From Vitrella brassicaformis CCMP3155 (lineage: Eukaryota; Protista; Chromerida), in assembly GCA_001179505.1 (NCBI GenBank), contig CDMY01000261.1:80936-144935 (forward strand): 64,000 nt of DNA, given 5' to 3'. Both the position numbers and the translations under genes were made by a program. Below, one piece after another: positions 49,701 through 63,633 of the stretch. Position 1 is the stretch's first letter. Each line of letters opens with the position of its first letter. Below the pieces are notes generated by a model. It did no database searches. It was not told where the DNA came from and worked only from the letters and a program-made list of their open reading frames with translations.

Positions 49701-51783
49701 CCTGCAGCATCTCGGAAAGTGGCGCCTTGAGGTTGGCCGTGTTGCTTCGGGGGACTCGTCATCAGGCAAAGGGGGAGGAGATCCGGAGGAAGCAGCGGCG
49801 TGCTGCTGCTGCTGCTGCTGGTGGTCATGGTGGTCTGGTGCTTGTGCCGCCGACGACTCCCCTCCGACGTGTGCAACGGCAGCAAGGGAGGTTGAAGGCG
49901 ACAGCACGTCAGGCGACGACAAGACAGAAAGCTGCGGCTCGCTGGTCAGCACGCCAGCTCCACCCTCCACCACACCCAGCCTGGGCCCTCGCGGTTCATC
50001 CCCCGATGAGTGACCCTGGCACTCGCCCTGCCTCCATGGCGCACACCGCCTCATCTCCGCCCGGGCGGCCTCACCCAGCCGCTGCCTCGCCAGCCCCTCA
50101 ACCTCTATTGGGGCATGGAGCAACTTCTTCCAGTAGTGGGCAGTCTCGGTCAGGCTCAAGAGGTCGGGGACCACGTCGAGGAATGACGCGATCTTGATCA
50201 GGAGGCTGGAGGGCAGCTCAGACAGCTGAGCTGACGTGAGCCCCTCGCTCCTGAGTGGCCGGAGGGTCGGTGTGGGCGCGGGGGTGGGCTGGGAGGCCGC
50301 AGCCCGGCGCCTGGTGCAAGCGGGCCGGGTGAGTTTGCGGCCTGTGCACCGGAGGTGGTCTGGGAAAGGGTGGAGAGCGAAGATCTGCCGCATGTCATTC
50401 CACAGGGAACGAAGCGACCGCTGCACAAGGAAAAAGCACATGAGACCAAAGAAAGGAGACAGTCGTTGCTGTCTGTCGCTTCGACCCCTCTCGTGGATGT
50501 GAGAACGTGTGGATCGGATCACTGACCTTGGCCATGACAACGCATCCCAGCCCCAAGACACTCCTGACGATCCACCCGACTGGCGAGTTCATGACGATGA
50601 TCAGCCAGAATGACACGGCCCGCGCCATGAGCACCCACCACATGCCATCGACCTCCACTCCATCCCGCCCGTCGAAGAGTCTGCTCCAGACGTCGCTGCT
50701 GTCGCTGCTGCCCCCGTGCGCCGCCTGGTCGGTCATCATGATGAGGTCGCGGACCACTCCCCAGCCCTCCGAGCACACTATCCACGAGACCACCGTCATG
50801 AGCACCCATGGGAAGCTCACTGGCGCCAGCAGCAGGAAGGCCGACACCAGCAGCAGCTGCCCCAGCGGCCATGACGACATGGCCTCCTCCCTCAGGCTCG
50901 TAATGGCGTGCAGGATCGAGTCCATCCGCTGCTCGGTGCGGCCCAGACGGGCAGAGACGTCCTCTATGAAGCTGTCGATGAGCTGTAGAAGAGGGGACGG
51001 TCGGGCGGGTGAGGGTGAGGGTGAGGGTGAGGGGGAGGGTGAGGGTGAGGGGGGGACAGTGGCCTTTGGGCGGGGAGGGATCGGTCGTGAGTAGAGAGAG
51101 GCGAGAAGGTCGGTCGTGTTCTGGTGGATCTCCGTCGCCAGCGTCGAGTTCATCCAAAAGGCCGACTGAAAGAAGAGCCACACACACACACAGACACACG
51201 CCTCCGTGCACCAGGAAGAGGACGGTGTTTCTGTGTTTGTGTTCCCGCCACCGTGCTGTGCCGTGCTTACCCTGAGAGATAGCGCGAAGGCGGCCTTGAC
51301 ATAGAGAGTGAACGTCCTCCTCCTCAGTGACGGGTCATCCGCCCCACGCCCCGCCCGCCACTGCTCCATCAAGCTGCCCGCCTTGGTCAGCAGCAAGTCA
51401 CCCGCCTCATACGTATAACACGACACAAACTCGTCGAAGAGCACCGCCAGGTCGATGGACTGCTGCGGCGTGGGTGCCTTCCATGGGTCCTCGCTGAGGT
51501 CTCGCAGGTCCTTCATGAGGGTGTATGCCCGGTTGATGACGCCGAGCAGCCTGCCTGCCCCTGGAGCTCCCTCGCGCCGGTCCTTGATGACCTGCCACCG
51601 CAGACTGCCCTCGCGGCCAACGCTGCCGTCCTGGGCGTCGCACGAGGGCGACAGCACCGACACGAAGGTGAGGAGTGAAGATGACAGGAGCGCTGAGGCC
51701 ACGTAGAGCAAGCAAACCGCCGCCACGCCGGCCAAACAGGCGCGGACCAAAACGCATAAGCGCCGGGAAAAAGCCATCGCCAT
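46732..51783 (-). CDS. ~1556-aa multi-pass membrane protein: N-terminal TM region + F-box + RCC1-like propeller + C-terminal TM bundle
   Basis: Five exons (51783-51271, 51165-50527, 50420-48106, 48035-47717, 47616-46732) total 4671 nt in frame. F-box LSELPSSLLIKIASFLDVVPDLLSLTETAHYW; RCC1-like HSHAVIQTRDGRVLVWGRNTEGQLG, IAAGSVAHIARSTDGRA and VSASCYSTFIIDQQGRIWPFG. Hydrophobic helices occur at both ends. Confidence 0.7.
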
Positions 51784-51963
51784 CGAACCAAAATCCGCAA
51801 ACTACTCAAACCGTCACATAGTTGTGTCCTTGCCAACTGTGCAAGCTAAGAGCTGCGAGCTCACAAAGGGAGAGAAGGCGCGGGAACGTGGCAGTAGAGC
51901 ACGTGCGCATCCCAGAAACCGACGGGAGGAAGTCAAAACACACTTGACAACAATTGATTGGCA

Positions 51964-53350
51964 ATGAGGAAAACGGTGAAAGCGGCACGAACAGATCCGG
52001 CCTCTGCGGACGAAGATAGAGCCGAGCTGCACTCCATACCCTTCGAGCAGCTCAGGTAGGTGGAGAGATGACCATGTGTATTTCAGCTCGTCGACGATGG
52101 ATGGTTTTGCTGTCCTGTCAGGCGGCTTCAGAAGGATGGTTTCGTCGCTCACACGCCGCGCACAAGGACACACGCTGCAGAGGCGGCTACGTCTGACGGC
52201 CCGCCGACGGGCAAGAAGATAGGTTCGAAGAAGAGGAAAAAGTGAGCGCACACACTGGGAGGAGATCTGGTTCGTGTCATCCATCGCCGACACGGCTCGT
52301 ATGTTTGTCTGGTGTTGCCATGTCGTGTGTATTTCAGGCCTCTCGAGGTGTCATCGAAGACCCCTGTCGCCCCGCCTCCGACGAGCGAAGCGCCGCTGCG
52401 AAAGAAGCGGCCGGTATGCTGACGCTGACGTGACACATCTTGAGAGTGACAGACACACAGACATGGTTTGGCGCCTGCCCTGCCTGTCAGGTGGCGCGAG
52501 ACCCACGGTTCAGCGATTTGTCGGGCCCGCTCAACATGGACCGCTTCCGCGCCTCCTACAGCTTCCTGGACGACATTCGGGAGCGTGAGAAGGATGTGCT
52601 GCAGCAGACCATCAAGCAGCAGAGTTGGGGGGGCAAGAAGAGGAGGAAGGCGGCGCCCAAGCTGTCCGACAGGGAGGTCCAAGAGGCGCAGAATGTGCTC
52701 AAGAGCATGGTAAGCAGAGCCCGATGCGCCACCCACTCTCTGTCTGACTGCGGTCGGTCGTGGTGTTCTTGGGTCACACACATGAGCAGAGGCAGCAGGA
52801 TTCTCTTCGTCAGCGGAGGGGCGAGCTGATAGACATGAAGAGGGAGCTCAAGCAGCAGGAGAAGAAAAACATCGTCGAAACCGGCAAGAAGCCCTTCTTC
52901 TACAGTGAAGGTCAGTCCAGCCGAGCAATCACTCCACCGTCCATCTGGCTGTTGTGCTGTGCTGTGCCGCATCCATCCATCCATCCATCCATCCATCGAT
53001 GCAGGCAAGGTGAAGCAGCTGCTCATGAAGAAGAAATACGAGGAGCTCAAGAAACAGGTGGGTGGGTGGATGCAGACATGCAGATCAGATGCACAGACAG
53101 ACCAGCGACTGAGTCGGTTCCATCCATTTCTTTGCCTCCCGTCCATCCATCCCCTCCTCAGGGGAAGGTTGACGCGTTTGTCAAGAAGAAGAGGAAACGC
53201 CAGGCAGCAAAGGTCAGTCAGCCACGCCAGCAGGCTGGCAGCCCTTGCGCCTTGTGGCATGGTTCTATCCTTTTCCTTTGTTTGTCTGTGCAGGACCGCA
53301 AGTTGCTGCCGAACCAGAGGCCGAGAGAGGCTTCTCTCGATGATGCATGA
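51964..53350 (+). CDS. RRP36: rRNA biogenesis protein RRP36
   Basis: Spliced ELHSIPFEQLR|RLQKD..KKRK|PLEVSSK..|VARDPRFSDLSG..FRASYSFLDDIRERE..|..ELKQQEKK..GKKPFFY|..KKYEELK|GKVDAFVKKKRKR|DRKLLP; these motifs are typical of RRP36/DUF947. Confidence 0.85.
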
Positions 53351-53405
53351 TGCAGGAAGCGATGACGGTGACGTATGCACGCGTGAAAAGACCGTCGGCT
53401 CGTTA

Positions 53406-53591
53406 CCAAACCCGAACCCTGCACCTGAAACGCTTTGATTCAGATCTGACCTCCGCTAATTCATCCACACAAGCAGCGAGCGCAGCCCCCCATCCTGGCT
53501 GAAAAGTGAAGGCACCACCACCACCACCCGCCGCAGTCAGTGGGCAACAGGGTTCAGGGTAGGCCAAACCCGAACCCTGAATTGAAACCCT
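53406..53591. promoter_or_regulatory. Two telomere-like motifs between RRP36 and DIM1 (16-nt direct repeat ccaaacccgaaccctg; the second forms an imperfect palindrome)
   Basis: ccaaacccgaaccctg at 53406-53421 and 53564-53579; cagggttcagggt-aggccaa-acccgaaccctg is an inverted pair. Confidence 0.45.
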
Positions 53592-53669
53592 TTTCTGACC
53601 TCTCAACGAACGCAGCTCTCCATCCTGGCTCCTGCTTGTCGTTGCATTAATCCATTTCGTTCATCAGTC

Positions 53670-55199
<1,530 letters not shown>

Positions 55200-55532
55200 C
55201 GCGCGGAGCCAACAAGTAAACCAACAGAGCGGCCGCGTGTGTGTCGTGTGGTGTGGGGGTGCATAAGAGATCAGGGATAGTTACCGATGCAGACATGAGT
55301 CACACAATGACATCAAGGAGTGTCGCATTCATTCGAGCTTCACTTGACACGCAGGAGGGAGAAAGCGAGCGTGTATCGTCAGTCAACTCTACAGCTCTAC
55401 ATACAGACGTTGACAGACTACAGTATGTACCGTTGATCGACAGTCGACACACCTGTCTGTCAACACTCATACGCCAGATGGATGCAACAACAGATGACTG
55501 ACTGTCCGCCTGGCCGGCCTGTGCGTGTGACG

Positions 55533-55978
55533 TCATGATGGCGTGGCCCCTGGCTGCTGCATCTGAGCCTTCTGCATCTGCTCCTGCAGCTTCTCGCCCA
55601 CCATCTTGTGCACGTCAAAGTACTGCGTGCAAGACACACAATTACACAGGCACAGACAGGTTCACTCTGTTTGTTTCCCTGTGCAGTGTTTTGTGAGGGC
55701 TGGCAGACCTTTGAGACGCATCTATCGACACAGCTCATCTCGCCCATGGCCAGTATGCCCTCCCGCACGTTGGGGATGCACTTGGACCAACACACATTCT
55801 GCATCCTGCACAGGCAAACCACAGACAGCAACCAAAGCACCGACGCCGCTCACTCACTGCCCTGCTCCTCTCCTTGCCAGGTCGGTGATCACCTGCTGAA
55901 CAAGTCGGCGAGTCCCTGCATCTCTGTGACGGCGACCATCACAGGATCTATCTGTTCTGCATTCGGAGGAGCGTTCAT
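55533..55978 (-). CDS. TIM10: Mitochondrial intermembrane-space chaperone Tim10
   Basis: Three exons give MNAPPNAEQIDPVMVAVTEMQGLADLFSR|MQNVCWSKCIPNVREGILAMGEMSCVDRCVSK|YFDVHKMVGEKLQ..*, with a twin CX3C motif and the GE..C.DRCV.KY signature. Confidence 0.92.
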
Positions 55979-56133
55979 CTTCGCTTGCGGAGGAAAGATG
56001 CAAAGATTCTCACTGTTTGAAGAATGTAGGGTTTCGGGTTTCAGGGTACAAACCCTGGGGTGGGGGTGCCCCCAACCAAGCTTGCAACAAAAACTGCAGA
56101 TTTCAAGTTGAGCTGAGTTTCAGCCCCGCGACG
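55979..56133. promoter_or_regulatory. 155-bp divergent spacer (inferred bidirectional promoter) between TIM10 and family copy 3
   Basis: Head-to-head ATGs at 55978 and 56134. Contains gggtttcgggtttcagggtacaaaccctg. Confidence 0.55.
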
Positions 56134-58229
56134 ATGGCCCAGCGTGAGCATCAAAGGGCGCCTGAGCGGCGACAGAGGCAGGAGAGCGTCCTGCGGCAGG
56201 GAGAGTCACGGCCCCAGCTGCAATGGCCGATAGAGGAGCAGAGGCGACAGGTGGCCGAGCAGCTGCAGCTGCAACGGGGTGGCCGGCAGGGAAGGGCCGA
56301 GCTGCCCGCTCGTGTGGCGACACGGGAGATGGAAGACTATGGGCCCAGGTACGTGCCCGACGAGACGGTGGACGCCGCCGCGTTCCTCGACGGAACGATT
56401 GCAGGAGGGCTCCCCGCCTCCGTCCGTCGCACGCAGTATCAGGGCAGCAACCAACGCAATGGCGCTGACCTGTTCTCCGAATACACTCAAGTAGGCCAAG
56501 TCATCAAACACCTACGAATGGATGGATGTCGCCATTCATCGCTCTCTTTGTGTGTATCGGTCGGTCATCAGGTGCGCGGCGGAGTGGGCTATGGGCGTCT
56601 GACAGGACGAGACGACGATGTCAGAGGGGGCTATGGAGACGGTCACATGACGGGCCACCCGTACCAGTACACGGCCAGCTACCGTTATGAGGTGAGTGTT
56701 CACTCCTCATATGCAGTCACCCATACAGATCTATTGCTCTCTCTGCTCCCTCGCACCTTTCAATCCGCAGCCTACGACGCTTATGAATTCGCCTACCCGT
56801 ATTTGCGTCCGGAGGAGCCCCAGCGTCCGAGAGGATGTCCCAGCCAGATGAGCAGGGAGGGGCAGCAGTACGGCAGCGGCCGCCTCACGTGGACTGGGCA
56901 GGACGACGCCTACGGTGGTGCCCCTCCCAGCACTCGGCCACACCGATGCGATGGGCGGCTTCCCCAGTACTCGCAGCACCAGACCAACCACGGCCTCAGC
57001 AGGGACGAAGTGGGCGCCCAGCCGGAGAGCCACTATGCCTCTCGTCTCGCCTATCCCGCTCCCAACATCAGCAGCTTTGTCAGGAAGAGACCGGTGGTGT
57101 CCCGAGGCATCCAGTGCAGCATTATGACCACACAGACGCCACTCGGGCCCCAAAGGACACGTGGTGCCTCGCGACACCACCAGCAGCACCAGCAGCAGGT
57201 GGAGGCGATGACCAGTTCGGTGGGCCGCCATCCGCCGCCACCGGACAGCAACGACACCTACAATCGCCAGAACAGCGGATCAGGTGGTTTGTTCGGCGGC
57301 ATGTTCTTGGGCTTGGGATCGTTGCTGGGTGGGGGCCGGGCCTCTGGAGGTGAAGAGGGGTGTGGTGGGATGAGGCACACATGGCCCTTCTCTATCGCTC
57401 ACCGGCACATCGTCGACACGCCTGTCTGCTTGTCTGTCTGTCTGTCTGTCTGTCTGTGTCAGCGGTGCGAGAGGAGACACAAGAGCTCCCACTGAATCGC
57501 CGCACTAATCGCCGACACATTGATGACGACCGCTACGCCTATGGCGCCCAGTGGGTCTCACCGTCACATTCAGCCACATACTTCGGTCGTCTTCAGCAGG
57601 GTCCCGCATTTTGTGTCTGTCTGTTCTTTCGTCAGGGTGGGTCGTACGAGTCACGCTATTACCAGCAAGAACCCCTAATCGACAGGCGGCAGGAGGTTGA
57701 GGCCTACGCGAGGGAGCTGGACAATTGGAAGGGCTTCTGGGAGATGGAGCTGCAGGAGCGCTCGGAGATCCAGGAACGGCTCCGCCAACAACACGAGGAG
57801 CGGGCGACGGAGCGGGAGAAGAGAATGGAGCGCCTCCACCGACAACAGCAGCAGACAATGGAGCGTGAGTGGCGCGAAGTAGAGGCCAAGAAGGACCAAA
57901 TGCGCCGCAAAGAACAGGAGCTCGAGGAGAAACAGAAGCAGATCGGCCAGCAGCTGCAACACCAGATGCAGCAGCTGCAATGCCAGCAGCAGCAGCGTCT
58001 CAACAGCGACAACGAGACGGCAGACAACCAGCAGCCTTCGAGCGCCTCTGACACCGTCCCCCCGACCCCAACTGGAGCAGTGCAGGAGGCACCCAGAGTG
58101 GCTGAAGGAGACGCCAGTGGCGAGCGACAGCGGGCCCGCCAGATGCTGCAGAAGCTCGAGAGCAAGCTCCACTTCAAGAACCCCGCTGTGCCATCCGCCC
58201 CCGGTGGTGGGCGCCCACACGAGGTGTAG
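56134..58229 (+). CDS. Family copy 3 (low-complexity + coiled coil); two splice sites altered but read-through stays in frame
   Basis: Homologous to copies 1 and 2 and ends ..GGGRPHEV*. The intron-2 acceptor reads tttcaa (56761-56763) and the intron-4 donor reads cagtgggt (57549-57556). Confidence 0.65.
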
Positions 58230-58726
58230 GCTCGCCCCTGTGCACGGCCGCTCCAACAGTCTGAGAGTGAGAAGCAGTGTGTGTTCATGAGCCAAACCAC
58301 ATGATTGGCCGGCTGGCCGTCTGAATGCCTTGGCCGTTGTGTTTGTTTGGACGGTTATGGACACATAGAGCGCTCGGACAATTACATAAGTCTATGCCTT
58401 CTGGGAAGCATTGCAAACGGCACTCTCATGCAATGCATGGCGCGTACCCCTCTCTCGGCACACACGTGCACGCACGGCATTGCAATTCGGCATTGATTCA
58501 ATCACCGCCCCGCCCCGCTCCTCGCCCTAAGCGTCTGATTGGAAGGAAGGGTCAAGTTTGGGTTTACCAGGGAGGCGAAGCCGAGAAACGATGAGGGTGC
58601 ATTGACGGCGAGGAAGATCCTGAGTCCACATCTTCAGTGATTCCCAGTTTCTGCGATGAGTTAACTGATGGTGAAGTTGCTGCCGCCCTGAGGTCGGGTG
58701 TCAGAGGAGGGTGGAGTGCGTGAGTG

Positions 58727-61700
58727 ATGTCGTTGACGGTCCTCAGCGTGGCTGAGAAGCCCTCAGTGGCCAAGGAGATCACCAAACACCTAGCGTCAGG
58801 ACAGATCAACACCGTGAGCTATGGACAGTGAAGTGAAAAGCCCACTCATTGCAATCATGGTGCGTGTGCATTGTCGGTTGGGTGCAGTTGAACAGCCAGA
58901 GCAGGTATAATCCCGTGAGTGAGTTCCAGTCGTTCATTCCCCTCGACAACCGCAGCTGCAGGATGGTCGTCACGTCTGTCAGAGGGTCAGCCAGCCAACG
59001 GACCGACCGACATGTGCCGTCGGTCCTTGCCCTCCTTGCCCTTGTTGTGATGCTTGATGCAGTCACGTGATGGAGATCGACTTCCCCGAGCAGTATCGAG
59101 ACTGGCAGAGCGTCGACCCGAGCACTCTGTACGATGGTAGCAGATGCACCATCACATATGACATCAGACGCGTGTGCGTCTGGCCGCGGCGCAGTGTGTG
59201 TGTGTGTGTGTGCGTGCAGCGGCGATAGAGAAGCGTGTGGCCAAGGACAACGCGGGCATCGCCAGGAACCTGCAGGTGCAGGCGAGGCGGTGCTCGCACC
59301 TCATCCTGTGGCTCGACTGCGACAGGGAGGGGGAGAACATCAGTTTTGAGGTGCGTCCAGAAATGCTCTTGTGTGCGGCCTGCCTGCAGCTATCATGCAA
59401 TCAACGGATGGATGGATGGATGGATGGATAAGGGCAGGTGGTCAAGATCTGCACCGATGCCAATCCTCGGCTGACCATCCGGCGCGCGCAGTTCTCGGCC
59501 GTCACGCGTGAGCGAGACCGACTTGGGGTGTGGGTATTTATTATTTCGGTGCTGTGGTCCCCCCGTGTGGTCAGACACCGACATCCACCGTGCGATGCGC
59601 AACCTCGTCGATCCGAACCAGAATGTGGCCGATGCCGTCGACACACGACAGGAGATCGACCTGCGCATCGGTGAGTGAGTGGTCGGGTTGGTCGAGCAGA
59701 CAGACAGACAGACAGACAGGCAGGCAGACAGACACAGGTGGACTGGACCAGGTGCGTCGTTCACCCGTTTCCTGACGATGCGCATCCAGCGCAAGTTCGA
59801 CGGCTTCAACGCACACGTCGTCAGGTGCGTTTGGATGATGGAGTGCGGGGCTGACTGAATGGGATGGATGGATGGATGGATGGACGCACTGCATGTGTGT
59901 GTGCGTGGGGTGTCAGCTATGGGCCGTGTCAGTTCCCCACCCTGGGCTTCATTGTGGAGCGGTGGGACACCATTGAGAGCTTCGTCCCCGAGAACTTCTG
60001 GGCCATCAAAGTCGTCATCAAAAAGTGCCGGAGAGAGAGGGAGAGAGGCAGGAGCAGACACACTCCGCCTGCATTTGTGTGTGTGTGTGTGTTTGTGTGT
60101 GCAGGCGTGACACGAGCCGCAACAACCAGCTGGTGCCAGTGGACTTCAGCTGGGACAGAAACAGGCTCTTCGACAAGTGAGCGAGCGAGATGTCCGTCTG
60201 TGTGGCGAATAGAGTGGGCCAATCCCTTTGTGCGTGGGTCTGTGTGTGCGGCCCGTGCACAGGCCCACTGTCGAGCTGCTGCATGAGATGTGCGTAGAGG
60301 AGGGGCGGGCCACCGTTGTCAACGTAAGCGACAACAATGGTGCTTCATTGCATCGCACCAGGGTGTGTGTGTGTGTGTGGTCTGTCAGGTGACCCACAGC
60401 CCCGCCACCAAGTACAAGCCGCTGCCGTTGAGTGAGTGCCCACAAACGAAACTCAACACCCCAGGCGCCATCAGTGCACACACGCTCTCACTTCAGGCAC
60501 TGTGGACATGACCAAGTTCGTCTCGCGGCGGTTCCGCATCTCGTCGCACAGGCACTACACTGCACTGCACCGCATCCAATGCACTGCACTCTAATCCCTG
60601 TGTGGTGTGGTGTGGTGTTGTGGTGTGTGCAGGTGCATGTCGATAGCTGAGGCCTTGTACAACCGTGGGCTGCTGAGCTACCCCCGCACAGAGACAAACA
60701 AGTTCCCACCCACAATGGACCTGCCGGCACTGGTGAGCGAGAAAGGGCCAGCCAGCCTGTGTGTGGGTGGCATCGACTTTGCGTGTGTATCTATTTGCCG
60801 TCTGTCTGTCTGTGTGCAGGTGGCAGGGCACACCGGTCACTCTCAATGGGGCCAGTATGCGCAGCACCTCGGCAATGGTGTGTAGACAAGCACGTGGATG
60901 ACGAGCCTTCCCTCATCCCGTGCTGCGTGCATCGATCGCACCGATCAGGTGGCTTCTCTGCGCCCCGAGGTGGCAATCGTGACGACCAGGCCCACCCTCC
61001 CATCCACCCCGTCAAGTGCGCCGAGAGGAACGAAATGCAAAACAACGATGAGTGGAGGGTGAGCAGACAGACAGACAGGCAGACAGGCAGACAGACGGAA
61101 GTAGCGCAAGGCCACCATCAAGAACCTCTCATGTCGACTGATTCATCCAACGTCAATCAACGTCAGATATACGAGTTTGTGGTCCGTCACTTCTTGGCCT
61201 GCTGCAGGTGGGCGGGTAGGTGGACACCCGTCGGGGCATTTCTTTCGTGTGATCGTGTTGTTTGTTTGCTCAGTGAGGATGCCCGAGGCGCCAAGACCGT
61301 CGTGGAGATCCAGCTCGGAGGTGCGCTCCCTGCGCCCCCTGCAGACACAGACACGCACACACACACGCTCCTGCCTCATCCATTCCTTGTGTGTTTGCCG
61401 TGCGGGCGTGTAGGTGAGGGATTTCACGCCAACGGGCTGATAGTCCACGAGAAGAACTACCTAGACATCTACACATACGACACCTGGTGGGCGGCCCGTC
61501 ATGTCAGCCACACCACACACAGCACACCACTCACTCACACACACACACACACCTTGCACAAAGCTCTGCTGCGTCGGGTGCCTCGCCTTAGGACGGGCAC
61601 TCAGCTGCCGCCCTTTGAGGCCAACGAGCAGTGCACCCCAACCTCCATCGACCTCACCGTACGCCGCCGCCGCCACCACCACCACCACCGCCCCCATTTT

Positions 61701-63427
61701 GTTCATTCAGGAGGGTCAGACACAGCCGCCGCCCCTTCTCAGCGAAGCCGACCTCATCGAGAAGATGGACCGGGTCAGCTCAGCTTCAACCAAAGGCGAG
61801 TGTGGCTCTTGATTGATGGATGGGCGGGGCGGTTGTGTGTGTCTGTGCGGGCAGCACGGGATCGGCACCGACGCGACGATGCACGAGCACATCAAGACGG
61901 TGCAGGACCGGCAGTACGCCCAGCAGGACGCGCAGGGCGCCTTCAGGCCCACCGACCTGGGCGTCGGGCTCGTCAAGGGCCTGCAGGTCTACGCCAACCA
62001 AGGCATCGACCTGTCAAAGGTGAATGAATGAGCAGAGTGGATCGATGGCTGGCTGGCTGGCTGGCTGGGCGTGTGTGTGCGTGTGGTCAGCCCGACGTCC
62101 GTGCGATGATGGAGCGAGAGATGAACGACATCGCAAGCGGCACCAAACAGAAGGTCAGCTCCACACCCACACCCACACCACCGCCGCGAGCACCCCACCC
62201 GTCCGTATCCGTGTCGCTGCTCTCCGTGTTACCGCACCACCCCCCCTCCTGAAGGCTGTGGTGCTAGCCGACCTGGTCGCCCGGATGCGTCAGATCTTCA
62301 CCACCGTCACCTCCAACGCACAGCAGCTCGACAATGCCCTCTCCCAGTTCTTCCGCCCCCTGGGTGCTGCACTCATGGACCAGCTGCAGCAGCAACAGGG
62401 TGGTGCCGGTGGCGGCCCACAGGTAGGGCGGGGCCGAGGGAGGGGGGCTGGTGCTGCAGGTGGCGCTGTGCCGGGCCGCCACGTGCAGCCGTCCTTCTCG
62501 CAGTGCGGCCTGTGTCAGGGCATGATGGACCTCCAGGTAGGCAGGGAGGCAGGGAGACAAGAGGGCACTGCTCACACACGAGCCGACACGCGGGAATATA
62601 TGCCTGTGTGTCGCAGACGGTGTTGGCTGGTGATGCTGTTGGCAACAATGGTGGGGCGGCGGGAGGAACCAGGGGCGGTGGTGGTGGTCGCGGCAAGGCT
62701 GCTGCCAAGGGGCGAGGGGGGAGGGGCAGGGGCAGGTCAGCCGACATTCTTCAGCACCCGACATTATGGTGATGGATGCGTGTGTGCCTCTGTGTGTATT
62801 TTGGTTCAGGGGCGGTCGTGGTCGTGGCCGTGGTGGGGCGGCGGGGGGCGGAGGTACACATACATGCACTCACACACACATGAATCAGACCACACATGGC
62901 CGGCGATGGTGAGGTTCTCCCTCTGTCTGTCTGTCTGTCAGTCTATCGCAGGAGGGACGATCGCTACTTGGTGTGCACCAACTACAGCAACAACTGCCCC
63001 ACCGTGCTGCAGCTGCCATCCAGAGGCCAGCTCACGGCACACAATCAGAGATGCCCCATCTGCCACTTCCAGGTCTGGTTACTGAGGGGGTCGGCCGGTC
63101 GGTCTCACGATCAACGTCTCCCTCTCTCTGTGTGTCGGTAGGCGTTGAGTGTGAGGAACGAGGAGACGGGCAGGTCGCACCACATCTGCCCGCACTGCTT
63201 CCGCAACCCACCGGTAGGCAGACAGACAGACAGACAGACAGGCGCACACCCCACAGTAGCTTGCCTTTGCCCCATCATTGTGGTCAGATGGACTATGCTA
63301 CGGCTGATTTCGGCAATGTGTCTGGCGACTTCCGCTGCTTCAAATGCACACACCCCGTCAGTGACCCAAACTTGTTGAACCGCCATCCATCCATCCATCG
63401 GCACACGCATCATCGCACCCTCTCTCT

Positions 63428-63459
<32 letters not shown>

Positions 63460-63633
63460 ATGTCTCAGAACTGTTCCCTGTCGACGGCCAGCCAGGGCTT
63501 CAGGGGCGGCTTCAACAACAACCTGCCACAGCCTGCTGCTGGTGCTGCTGGTGGACGGGGGGCTCCACAACAGCAGCAGCAGCAGCAGCAGCAGCAAGGA
63601 GTGAGAGGAAGAGGGCGTGGGAGGGGGGGATAG
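58727..63633 (+). CDS. TOP3A: DNA topoisomerase III alpha with C-terminal Zn ribbons and RG/RGG-rich linkers
   Basis: [16 protein letters not shown] (TOPRIM), [62 protein letters not shown], active-site [31 protein letters not shown]; about 20 GT-AG introns. Confidence 0.93.

Noticed and set aside
50395-51783. Stand-alone membrane protein as given in the ORF track
   Set aside because: A canonical in-frame intron links it to the F-box ORF, so it is modelled as one gene; the two-gene alternative is kept as the refuting test.
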